The notes under the pieces are model-generated. The model did not search any database, was not told the DNA's origin, and saw only the letters and a program-made list of their open reading frames with translations. Source: an uncultured Holosporaceae bacterium (GTDB lineage: Bacteria; Pseudomonadota; Alphaproteobacteria; CAISOG01). From it: a stretch of 24,209 nucleotides of DNA. How positions within the stretch are numbered: position 1 is the first letter of the stretch; the number at the start of each line of letters is the position of its first letter. A program made the translations under genes and the position numbers. Shown piece by piece: positions 8,876-17,403 of the stretch. The stretch spans positions 1 through 24,209 of the forward strand of contig CAISOG010000074.1 of assembly GCA_903887035.1 (NCBI GenBank), in the 5' to 3' direction.

Positions 8876-9373
8876 ATGACCAATGTGCCGATAGTTCCCG
8901 CCGTCCCCACCCCCGCGCGCCGACCAAATTTCCGTCAAAAAAGGTTGGCCGCCACGGTTCAAGAAATTCTGGCGCCCGCCCTGTTGGACGCGGGGCAGCT
9001 GAGTGATGAGTTGCAGGGGCAATCGCTGATCGTAACTGGGGTGGCGGTCAGCCCCAATTTGCATGATGCCAAAATCTTTCTGCAAACCAGCCTGCTAACC
9101 GCCCCAACCACCGATGCGTCTTCGCCAGGGAGAACGAGTGCGGGAACGGGTGCGGGAACAGGCGCGCGGGTGCCGCTTAAGCTGCTGAAAAAAACGACGC
9201 CGCAGATTCGCAGCTATCTGGCCAATCGCCTGAACCTTCGCCTGGTACCCCATCTGCATTTTTTTGAGGATTACCATTGGGAACAGGTGACGCGGATTGA
9301 GGAGTTGATTGAACAGCTGCCCAAGCTTTCCCCAAGCCCCGATCCAACCAATCCCGCCCAATCCGACGAATAG
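8876..9373 (+). CDS. rbfA: 30S ribosome-binding factor A
   Basis: RQKRLAATVQEIL, VTGVAVSPNLHDAKIF, LANRLNLRLVPHLHFFED; directly upstream of truB. Confidence 0.88.
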   Translation: MTNVPIVPAVPTPARRPNFRQKRLAATVQEILAPALLDAGQLSDELQGQSLIVTGVAVSPNLHDAKIFLQTSLLTAPTTDASSPGRTSAGTGAGTGARVPLKLLKKTTPQIRSYLANRLNLRLVPHLHFFEDYHWEQVTRIEELIEQLPKLSPSPDPTNPAQSDE

Positions 9374-9380
9374 GCTGGCG

Positions 9381-10427
9381 TTGGTGGATTCCTCAGTCGC
9401 TGCTTCTGCTTATCCGCACGCCGACACTGCGGCGGCCAAAACGGCTGCGCACCCTGGCGGCTGGTTGATCATTGATAAGCCATTGGGGGTGACCAGCAAC
9501 GCGGTGCTGGCGCGGCTAAAACGGCAATGGGGATGGAAGAAATTGGGCTTTGTGGGCACGTTGGATCCGCTGGCCAGCGGGGTGTTGGCGGTGGCGGTGG
9601 GGGCGGCGACCCGCACCATCCCGCTGCTGAACGACGATACCAAATGCTATGACTTTGAGCTGCATTTCGGTCAGCAAACCAGCAGCGATGATGCTGAGGG
9701 TGAGGTGGTGGCAACCGATGACTATCGCCCCAGTTTGGATCAGATTACCGCCGCCATTCCCGCCTTTGTGGGCGCTATCGACCAACGTCCCCCCGCATTT
9801 TCGGCGATAAAACTGGCGGGTAGGGCGGCCTATGCGCTGGCCAGGGCGGGGCAGGCGCCCATTATGGCCATGCGGCGGGTGCGGATTGATGGGTTGGAGA
9901 TTGTGAGCAGTGACCAGCTGCCCGACTGCATCACCCTGCGGGTGACCTGCGGCGGGGGTACCTATGTGCGCAGCCTGGCACGCGATTTGGCAGTGGCGGT
10001 GGGTACGGTTGGCCATGCCCGCGCGATTCGGCGGCTGCAAAGTGGCCCCGCGGCGCTGGCGTCGGCGCAATCCTTGGCACAGGCGTTGGAATCGCCGCGC
10101 TGGATCGGGCTGTCACAGCTGTTGCCCAGCCAGGCGGTGGCGCAGATTGACCAGGCACGATGGCAACAGGTGCGGCAGGGTAAGGCGATTGCTCTGCATG
10201 GTCATGATTGGCGGATGCCTGATGGCGGGCAACCAAGCCAACAACCCTCTTGTGCTTCTGCAATTTTTCCGCTAAAGCGTGAACATCCCGTTATCGTGTT
10301 GTTAGAGGATAAGGTGGCGGGTGTTGGCTGGTTGAGCCTTGACCCCGATGATAACGGGGGTGATGAACAGCCAGTCATTTGGTCGCCAAAGATGGTCTTT
10401 GTCGATTTAACTGTTTGTTGGAAATAG
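9381..10427 (+). CDS. truB: tRNA pseudouridine(55) synthase
   Basis: GWLIIDKPLG, GTLDPLASG with catalytic Asp, PPAFSAIKLAG, CGGGTYVRSLARDL. Start probably TTG 9381 or GTG 9384, just after the rbfA stop, not 9309. Confidence 0.95.
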   Translation: MVDSSVAASAYPHADTAAAKTAAHPGGWLIIDKPLGVTSNAVLARLKRQWGWKKLGFVGTLDPLASGVLAVAVGAATRTIPLLNDDTKCYDFELHFGQQTSSDDAEGEVVATDDYRPSLDQITAAIPAFVGAIDQRPPAFSAIKLAGRAAYALARAGQAPIMAMRRVRIDGLEIVSSDQLPDCITLRVTCGGGTYVRSLARDLAVAVGTVGHARAIRRLQSGPAALASAQSLAQALESPRWIGLSQLLPSQAVAQIDQARWQQVRQGKAIALHGHDWRMPDGGQPSQQPSCASAIFPLKREHPVIVLLEDKVAGVGWLSLDPDDNGGDEQPVIWSPKMVFVDLTVCWK

Positions 10428-10446
10428 ATTTATTAGGAGTCTGGGT

Positions 10447-10716
10447 TTGTCGATTACCGTAGAAAAAACGCAAGAGTTGGTTAAGGAATTTGGTCGTGCG
10501 GCGACTGACACTGGCTCAACCGAAGTGCAAATTGCTGTGCTGTCCACCCGCATTAAGGCGCTGACGGGGCATTTGTCCGCTCACAAAAAAGATTTTAGCA
10601 CCCGTCGTGGTCTGTTAAGCATGGTTGGCCAACGTCGCCGCCTGCTGCGCTATTTGCAGCGCACCAACAAAGCCAGCTTTGCCGAAGTTGTGCAAAAGCT
10701 GGGTATTCGCGCTTAA
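10447..10716 (+). CDS. rpsO: 30S ribosomal protein S15
   Basis: 89 aa; DTGSTEVQIAVLS, HKKDFSTRRGLLSMVGQRRRLLRYL. TTG start with AGGAG at 10435-10439. Confidence 0.98.
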   Translation: MSITVEKTQELVKEFGRAATDTGSTEVQIAVLSTRIKALTGHLSAHKKDFSTRRGLLSMVGQRRRLLRYLQRTNKASFAEVVQKLGIRA

Positions 10717-10717
10717 G

Positions 10718-10763
10718 CCTAAGCCCCTTACCTGTTGCCAGTTGGGTGACAGCAGGGGCTAGG
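10718..10763 (+). terminator. Long stem-loop between rpsO and pnp (terminator or pnp-leader structure)
   Basis: AGCCCCT (10722-10728) pairs with AGGGGCT (10754-10760), enclosing CTGTTGCC/GGTGACAG with G-U pairs. No clean U-tract follows, so function is uncertain. Confidence 0.5.
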
Positions 10764-10805
10764 TGCATCTTATTAAACCTTTAAATTTCGAATTGGATTC
10801 ATTAC

Positions 10806-12929
10806 ATGGTTGATTATTGTCGCAAAGAGCTGGAATGGGGCGGTCGCCGCCTGGTTCTGGAAACTGGAAAAATTGCTCGTCAGGCTCATTCAGTGGTTGC
10901 CACCTATGGTGAAACCACGGTCATGGCCAATGTGGTCGCCAACCGCAATGTGGCGCCGGATCAAGATTTTTTCCCGCTGTCGGTGCATTACCAAGAAAAA
11001 ACTTTTGCCGCTGGCCGTATTCCTGGTGGCTTTTTTAAGCGGGAGGGGAAGCCTTCGGAAAAAGAGGTGTTGACCTCACGCCTGATTGACCGCCCGATTC
11101 GCCCGCTGTTTTTGGATAGCTTTAAAAACGAAACCCAGGTTGTTTGCACCGTTCTTAGCCATGATCTGCAAAATGATCCTGACATTGTCGCCCTGATCGC
11201 CACCTCCGCCGCTTTGACCATTTCTGGTTTGCCCTTTTTGGGGCCAATTGGGGCTGCACGGGTTGGCCGCATCAATGGTCAATTTGTCCTGAACCCCAGC
11301 ATTGCCGACTTGGCCTCCAGCGAGTTGGATTTGGTGGTAGCGGGAACCACGGATGGCGTGCTGATGGTGGAATCTGAGGCCAAGGAATTGACCGAAGAAG
11401 TGATGTTGGATGCTGTGCTGTTTGGTCAGCAACAGTATGCCACCGTGATCCGCGCTATTATCGAAATGGCCGAAGCCTGCGCCCATGATCCATGGGAACT
11501 GGCGGATGATCAAAGCGATCGCCTGAACGGCCTAAAAAAAGACGTGCACAAATTGGTGCAAAAGGATTTGGTGCAGGCCTATGGTCTGCAAGTCAAGCAA
11601 GAGCGGGTGGCGGCCTTGAACGCTGCCAAGGCTTCTGTGGCTAGCTTGACCGAACAGGGCTTTACCACCCTGGAAGTATCGGGCGCGTTTAAGTCCGTAG
11701 AAAAAGATATCGTTCGTGGCCAAATTTTGGATCAGGGTGTACGGATTGATGGCCGTGACACCAAAACTGTTCGGCAAATTGCGTCCGAAGTGGGCATTCT
11801 GCCCCGCGTGCATGGGTCATCGCTGTTTACCCGTGGTGAAACTCAGGCATTGGTGATTGCCACCCTGGGTACTGGTGATGATGAGCAGTTGATTGATGCG
11901 CTGGAGGGCAGCCACCGCGAGTCCTTTATGTTGCACTACAACTTCCCTCCCTACTCCGTGGGGGAAACTGGCCGTATGAGTGGTCCAGGCCGTCGTGAAA
12001 TTGGTCATGGCAAGCTGGCCTGGCGCGCGATTCGGCCGCTGTTGCCCAGTAAGGCTGACTATCCCTATACCATTCGCGTGGTGTCGGAAATTACCGAATC
12101 CAACGGTTCAAGCTCGATGGCCACGGTCTGCGGTTCATCGCTGGCGCTGATGGATGCGGGTGTGCCGCTGGCCAAGCCTGTTGCGGGGATCGCGATGGGT
12201 CTGATTAAAGAGGACAAGAAGTTTGCGGTGCTGACCGACATTCTGGGCGATGAAGATCACCTGGGCGATATGGACTTTAAGGTCGCGGGTACCCAGGATG
12301 GGATTACCGCCCTGCAAATGGATATCAAAATCACCTCCATCACCCAGGAAATTATGAAAATTGCCCTGGAACAGGCCAAAGATGGTCGGATGCACATTTT
12401 GGGCGAAATGGCTAAGGCCTTGACCAGTGCGCGCGCCGAAACGCCTTCCAATGCTCCAAAAATGCGGGTGATGACTATCCCACGCGATAAAATCCGTGAA
12501 GTGATTGGAACCGGTGGTAAGGTCATTAAGGACATTGTGGAAACTACTGGCGCCAAGATTGACATTGAGGATGATGGAACCGTCAGAATTTCCAGCGTTC
12601 AGGATGAATCAATCCAAAAAGCTTATGACCGCATCCTATCGATTGTTTCTGAGCCAGAGGTTGGCACTGTTTACGTCGGAACCGTGGTTAAGGTTATGGA
12701 ATTTGGCGCTTTTGTCAATTTCATGGGCAGCCGTGATGGTCTGGTTCACATTTCTGAACTGGCACCCCGCCGCGTTAACAAGGTCACCGATGTGGTCAAT
12801 GTTGGCGATGTGATTAAGGTGTTGGTTATCGGTCTGGATGATCGCGGCAAGGTGAAACTAAGCCTGAAGCAGGTTGACCAAGAAACCGGTGAAAAAATTG
12901 ACACGCATAACCTTCGTGACGCTTCCTAA
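10806..12929 (+). CDS. pnp: Polyribonucleotide nucleotidyltransferase (PNPase)
   Basis: [58 protein letters not shown] ([10 protein letters not shown]) and S1 (GAFV...DGLVHISEL) domains. Confidence 0.99.
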   Translation: MVDYCRKELEWGGRRLVLETGKIARQAHSVVATYGETTVMANVVANRNVAPDQDFFPLSVHYQEKTFAAGRIPGGFFKREGKPSEKEVLTSRLIDRPIRPLFLDSFKNETQVVCTVLSHDLQNDPDIVALIATSAALTISGLPFLGPIGAARVGRINGQFVLNPSIADLASSELDLVVAGTTDGVLMVESEAKELTEEVMLDAVLFGQQQYATVIRAIIEMAEACAHDPWELADDQSDRLNGLKKDVHKLVQKDLVQAYGLQVKQERVAALNAAKASVASLTEQGFTTLEVSGAFKSVEKDIVRGQILDQGVRIDGRDTKTVRQIASEVGILPRVHGSSLFTRGETQALVIATLGTGDDEQLIDALEGSHRESFMLHYNFPPYSVGETGRMSGPGRREIGHGKLAWRAIRPLLPSKADYPYTIRVVSEITESNGSSSMATVCGSSLALMDAGVPLAKPVAGIAMGLIKEDKKFAVLTDILGDEDHLGDMDFKVAGTQDGITALQMDIKITSITQEIMKIALEQAKDGRMHILGEMAKALTSARAETPSNAPKMRVMTIPRDKIREVIGTGGKVIKDIVETTGAKIDIEDDGTVRISSVQDESIQKAYDRILSIVSEPEVGTVYVGTVVKVMEFGAFVNFMGSRDGLVHISELAPRRVNKVTDVVNVGDVIKVLVIGLDDRGKVKLSLKQVDQETGEKIDTHNLRDAS

Positions 12930-12957
12930 ACCCCTTAGACTTAGATAGATTGGCGGT

Positions 12958-14358
12958 ATGACATTCCGCTTACCCACACTCGTACTGTCCGGCAAGGAAG
13001 TGTTGCCCCTGATTGAAGGGGGCAAGGGTATCAGCGTGTCGAATGGCCAAAGCACGGGGGCATGGGCGGCGGCTGGTGGCATTGGCACCTTCTCAGGCGT
13101 TAATGCCGACAGTTTTGATGCCAATGGTCAGCTTACCGATCAAATCTATCACGGCAAAACCCGGCGCGAACGGCATGAGGAGCTGTTGGCTTTTTCCATT
13201 CGCGGCGGTATTACCCAGGCGCAGATTGCTCATGAAGTTGCAGGCGGTAACGGCCTTATCAACATGAACATTCTGTGGGAAATGGGCGGCGCCGAACGGG
13301 TGTTGGAGGGCGTGTTGGAGGGTGCCAAGGGGATGATTAACGGCGTCACCTGCGGCGCGGGTATGCCCTATCGCATTGCCGAGATTTGTTCCCGTTTTGG
13401 CGTTTATTACTATCCCATCGTTTCATCCGCGCGCGCCTTTCGCGCCTTGTGGAAGCGCGCCTATCACAAATTTAAGGATCTGATGGGCGCGGTGGTGTAC
13501 GAAGATCCCTGGCTGGCGGGCGGTCACAACGGCCTTTCCAACAGTGAAGATCCGCTGCGCCCACAAGATCCGTATGAGCGGGTGCGGGAACTGCGCGCCA
13601 TGATGCGCGAATGCGGGGTGCCCGATGCCCCGATCGTGATGGCTGGCGGTGTTTGGTGGCTTAAGGAATGGCAAGATTGGATAGATAACCCTGAAATTGG
13701 CCCGATTGCCTTTCAATTTGGTACCCGCCCCCTGTTGACGCAGGAAAGCCCAATTTCCGACGCCTGGAAACACAAGCTGCTGAACCTGAAGCCTGGTGAT
13801 GTCTATCTAAACAAATTTTCGCCAACGGGTTTTTACTCGTCGGCGGTGGTCAATCCCTTTTTGCAGGAGCTGCAGGGGCGGAGCGATCGGCAGATTGCCT
13901 TTAGCCATCCTGCGGTTGGGGAACATACAGCCGAACTGCCCATTGGCCCGCGCCAACGCATCGTTTATGTCACGCCCAGCGATTTGGAACGGGCAAAAGG
14001 GTGGATGACGGCGGGCTACACCGCGGCCATGCGGACGCCCGAAAACACCCTGATTTTTGTTGAGCCGGAAAGAGAAAATGAGATTCTGACCGATCAGATC
14101 AACTGCATGGGCTGCCTGAGCCAATGCAGCTTTTCCAACTGGGCGCAGAATGAAAGCGGCACAACGGGACTGAAAGCCGATCCACGCAGCTTTTGTATCC
14201 AAAAAACCCTGCAAAGCATCAGCCATAGCGATGATGTGGAGCATCAGTTGATGTTTGCAGGCCATAACGCCTATCGTTTCGGCCAGGATCCCTTCTACAG
14301 CAATGGGTTTGTGCCCACCGTGAAGCAGCTGGTCGATCGTATCGCCAGTGGGGAATGA
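12958..14358 (+). CDS. Nitronate-monooxygenase-family flavoprotein, FabX/UfaA-like, probable Fe-S cluster
   Basis: PLIEGGKG, AAAGGIGTFS, VTCGAGMP, YEDPWLAGGHNG, MAGGVW, FQFGTRPL, and C-terminal CMGCLSQC...FCI...LMFAGHNAYR. Confidence 0.8.
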   Translation: MTFRLPTLVLSGKEVLPLIEGGKGISVSNGQSTGAWAAAGGIGTFSGVNADSFDANGQLTDQIYHGKTRRERHEELLAFSIRGGITQAQIAHEVAGGNGLINMNILWEMGGAERVLEGVLEGAKGMINGVTCGAGMPYRIAEICSRFGVYYYPIVSSARAFRALWKRAYHKFKDLMGAVVYEDPWLAGGHNGLSNSEDPLRPQDPYERVRELRAMMRECGVPDAPIVMAGGVWWLKEWQDWIDNPEIGPIAFQFGTRPLLTQESPISDAWKHKLLNLKPGDVYLNKFSPTGFYSSAVVNPFLQELQGRSDRQIAFSHPAVGEHTAELPIGPRQRIVYVTPSDLERAKGWMTAGYTAAMRTPENTLIFVEPERENEILTDQINCMGCLSQCSFSNWAQNESGTTGLKADPRSFCIQKTLQSISHSDDVEHQLMFAGHNAYRFGQDPFYSNGFVPTVKQLVDRIASGE

Positions 14359-14447
14359 TGGGGATATGGAACAGCGCTGAATCTTCGCCCCATCATCAAA
14401 AAATATATAAATAACAACATAGTGCGGTCACTTTATCAGCCTCACCA

Positions 14448-14573
14448 TGTCATTCTCCCCCTTGTGGGGGAATCTCTTGTCCTATTCGCTTCACAAGCTT
14501 TGTCGCCGTATAGATCCTACCCACAGGGGGTAGGATGACACTGAAAAACGGAGGAAGCAGGGGTAGGATGACA
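14448..14573. repeat. Inverted doublet of TGTC-tagged REP-like palindromes plus a partial third copy
   Basis: Copy 1 (+) 14448-14475 TGTCATTCTCCCCCTTGTGGGGGAATCT. Copy 2 (-) 14512-14540 TGTCATCCTACCCCCTGTGGGTAGGATCT, with a perfect 9 bp stem ATCCTACCC/GGGTAGGAT. Half copy 14558-14573 CAGGGGTAGGATGACA. Between convergent genes. Confidence 0.75.
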
Positions 14574-14620
14574 GCGGAAAAGTAGCACGGAGGCCTTGCG
14601 CTGGAGGTTACAAAAACCGC

Positions 14621-15187
14621 CTACTGCTCCGCCCGCTTCATATACTCACCCGTGGCGGTGTTGACCACCACCAACGTGCCACTTTCGATAAAGGGTGGCA
14701 CCATCACGCGGCGGCCGTTGGATAGCTTGGCGGGTTTATAGCTGGAACTGGCGGTTTGCCCCTTAACCACCGCATCGGCCTCAACCACTTGCAGCACGAC
14801 AGTTTCGGGCAGCTGCACGCTGATCGGCTCATCCTGGTAATGCAGGATGATGACCGCCATATTTTCGGCCAGAAAGTCGGCCTGCTCACCAATTTGTTCG
14901 GCGGTCAGGGTGATGGATTCATAAGTTTCGCTGTTCATAAAGCTGTATTCGTCGCCATTGGCGTACAGGAATTGAAAGGGCATTTCGTCCAACCGCACCC
15001 TTTCCACACTGTCTTCCGATCGAAACCGTTCGTTCAGCTTGGTGCCGATCTTAATATCCTTCATCTCAACCTGCATAAAGGCGCCGCCCTTACCCGGTTG
15101 AACATGTTGGGTTTTGGTGACAGCCCACAACCGCCCCTGATGTTCCAAAACATTGCCTGGACGAATATCGACAGCTGAAATTTTCAT
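14621..15187 (-). CDS. efp: Elongation factor P
   Basis: [24 protein letters not shown] (PGKG loop), [21 protein letters not shown]. Confidence 0.98.
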   Translation of the reverse strand: MKISAVDIRPGNVLEHQGRLWAVTKTQHVQPGKGGAFMQVEMKDIKIGTKLNERFRSEDSVERVRLDEMPFQFLYANGDEYSFMNSETYESITLTAEQIGEQADFLAENMAVIILHYQDEPISVQLPETVVLQVVEADAVVKGQTASSSYKPAKLSNGRRVMVPPFIESGTLVVVNTATGEYMKRAEQ

Positions 15188-15300
15188 AAGATTTGACCCA
15201 TGGTTGTAATGATAATCTGCAATGGTTTTTTACGGGGCTTCGGCCTGTTCGGCAAGCCCCCCCACTGTTGGCCGCGTGCCGAATAGGGGCGTTACTTGTT

Positions 15301-15870
15301 CTATCCCGGCATTGGCGGCATGAACAGCGGGTTCATCACCCTGTCCCCCACCGCAATTCCCAGTCTTTTGGTAACACCGCCCTTCAGCTCCAACACCGCC
15401 CGAATGGGTTGATTGTCACTGTCAATAATCGCCTCACTGTGCGGCTTGCCCTTAGCGATTTTGACGATGCGGCCATCATTGGCCAGAAACAGGATGTCCA
15501 GGGGAATCAGGGTGTTTTTCATCCACATCGACCGTGGCTGGCGGTCATCACCAAAATCAAACAGCATGCCCCCAGCATTGGCCAAGCTTTTGCGATGCAT
15601 TAAACCCTGGGTCAGTTCGGGCGGGGTGCGTGCCACCTCAACCATAAAATTGTGAATCGCCGATTTTGTGAAAATCTGTAACGGTTCTGTCGTCAGTTTA
15701 GCGCTGGCTTGATTGGCGGTCTGGGCGGCAGCGTTGGCGGTTGAGACGGCCGTTTGCCCAGCATCCTTCGCCATTAAGGGCTGGGTGAATGCCAACATCA
15801 TCAGCGCGCCAATGATCGCGATGCGTTGCAAGCCATGGGGCAGGGGGGGCTTTAGCGTGGTCTGAATCAT
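15301..15870 (-). CDS. DUF192 family exported protein
   Basis: Signal peptide and Ala/Gln-rich linker, then VEVARTPPELTQGLMHR, GGMLFDF, MWMKNTLIPLDILF, VLELKGG. Confidence 0.88.
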   Translation of the reverse strand: MIQTTLKPPLPHGLQRIAIIGALMMLAFTQPLMAKDAGQTAVSTANAAAQTANQASAKLTTEPLQIFTKSAIHNFMVEVARTPPELTQGLMHRKSLANAGGMLFDFGDDRQPRSMWMKNTLIPLDILFLANDGRIVKIAKGKPHSEAIIDSDNQPIRAVLELKGGVTKRLGIAVGDRVMNPLFMPPMPG

Positions 15871-15989
15871 TGTTCGAAATCCTTTTTTCTCTGGCGGATT
15901 CTATAGCATCAGGCGGTGGGGATAAAGCCGTAATCTGCTATATAGCCAGGATGCCTAAGCCGACGGGCTGCAACGGCTGCAACCACCGC

Positions 15990-17402
15990 CTAAATTTTCT
16001 TAAGCATGCCAAAGGCACCGGCCGCCCCCATTTTTCCCTTGGAAATAGCCTCCTCAGCCATCTCCTTACCAATATCAACAGTGAAAGAACCGCTAACATA
16101 TTGACCTGCCCAATCGTCGACGCGCCGTGCAAACATAATCAGCACGATTCCCGCGGTCAGCATGATCCAATAGCCGGGGGCGGCGAAAGAATTGCTGTTA
16201 CCCTGACCGCTTAGGGGGCCCGCGATAATGTCGGTGACCACCGCGCCGCCATCCGTGGGGGCGCTGGTGCCAGGTTTGCTGCCCAAACTTTGGGTGAATC
16301 CAACGCTAAGCATGGCAATGCTGATGGCGATTAGGGCGTTGATCATGATAAAGCCAATCGCCGAGTGAATCAGGGCGCTGATACAAATTTTTAAGGGTGC
16401 CCGCCCAATGGGCAGGGCATAGGCGGCAATGGCCAGCGGGGCAATCACGGCAACAAACAGCCATCGGAATAAATAGGTGATCATAAACAATCCAACCAGC
16501 AGGGCGCCCAATCCATAGATTAAGGTCATGACAAAACCAGCCAAAAGCCAGTCCCAACCTTTTGGTGGCAGAGTCCATTGAATTTTTTGCATGGAGGAAA
16601 TGCCCGCAACAATCCCCACCCCAACCGCACGCTGAAGCGCATAAAATTGACAGTTTAGGGCGTTTTTGACATTGGCTTTTTTCTCATCCTTCGTGCTGCC
16701 ATCAAAACGGATGTTGCCGCATTCCAACACTTGGCCTTCGGGGCCCACCACCGCCTCCGTCGTTGTGCCAGAGCCCGATTTGACGGTGCGCAGGGGTTTG
16801 CGCAGCGGGTTGAATTGGTCATAGGGAGCCTGCAACACAATCATCGGATCTGATCCGCCAAAAACAGCCTCTAACATCGCATGGCCGCCGCGCATCCCGA
16901 CCGAGATGGCGGGGTTAAAGAAATAGTCGTTGAAAAAATTAAAGTTGCCCAAGGCCGTCAGTACCAGCAGGGTGATGGCCAGCCTGGCCGCGATTTTGTT
17001 GGCCATCCCCCCGACGCTGTCCAGCGCGCCAAAGGGCATCAACAGCTTGCCCGCTTGCAACAACACCCACAACGCAATGATAATGGCAATCAGTCGGCGC
17101 ACATTGCCGCCCAGAAAGTCAAACATGGCCTGACCCATTTCATAGGCCACATCGACCATCATCGCGCTGATCGGGCAAATCCAACAGCTGTACATCATCA
17201 GGTTGTACATATCGGCGGGATTCGCCGCCCCACTGTTGGTGCCTGGCGTGTTGTTGGGGCCGGTAGAACCCTGCGCCAGGGCGGCATGAGGATCGCTGCC
17301 CAACAACAGCATCAACAACAGCACCATCAGGCCAAAACGGATCGATTTGACCCGCAGCCATGATAGACGAAAACATTGGTGGATTGCTGTGGTCATGATC
17401 AT
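15990..17402 (-). CDS. VirB6/TrbL-like polytopic membrane protein, paralog A (CWICP)
   Basis: Signal peptide ending ALA-Q, CWICP, KLLMPFG, several hydrophobic helices, IAPLAIAAYALPIGR. ATG 17402 lies one base after the paralog B stop. The CDS is secure; the VirB6 family call is motif-level only. Confidence 0.65.
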   Translation of the reverse strand: MIMTTAIHQCFRLSWLRVKSIRFGLMVLLLMLLLGSDPHAALAQGSTGPNNTPGTNSGAANPADMYNLMMYSCWICPISAMMVDVAYEMGQAMFDFLGGNVRRLIAIIIALWVLLQAGKLLMPFGALDSVGGMANKIAARLAITLLVLTALGNFNFFNDYFFNPAISVGMRGGHAMLEAVFGGSDPMIVLQAPYDQFNPLRKPLRTVKSGSGTTTEAVVGPEGQVLECGNIRFDGSTKDEKKANVKNALNCQFYALQRAVGVGIVAGISSMQKIQWTLPPKGWDWLLAGFVMTLIYGLGALLVGLFMITYLFRWLFVAVIAPLAIAAYALPIGRAPLKICISALIHSAIGFIMINALIAISIAMLSVGFTQSLGSKPGTSAPTDGGAVVTDIIAGPLSGQGNSNSFAAPGYWIMLTAGIVLIMFARRVDDWAGQYVSGSFTVDIGKEMAEEAISKGKMGAAGAFGMLKKI

Positions 17403-17403
17403 T

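Noticed and set aside
9309-9380. N-terminal extension of TruB overlapping rbfA
   Set aside because: The extension is the alternative-frame reading of the rbfA Pro-rich tail. TTG/GTG starts just after the rbfA stop are more plausible.
14355-14402. 9 bp inverted repeat ATGATGGGG/CCCCATCAT after the flavoprotein gene
   Set aside because: 24 nt loop and an A-tract rather than a U-tract on the coding strand; too weak to call a terminator.
14448-14573. Short repeats with spacers considered as a mini CRISPR array
   Set aside because: The copies are inverted, unequal and only two and a half, and no cas genes are present. A REP-like doublet fits better.
15966-15983. GGCTGCAAC x2 tandem repeat
   Set aside because: Only two 9 nt units with no context suggesting function; compatible with chance.
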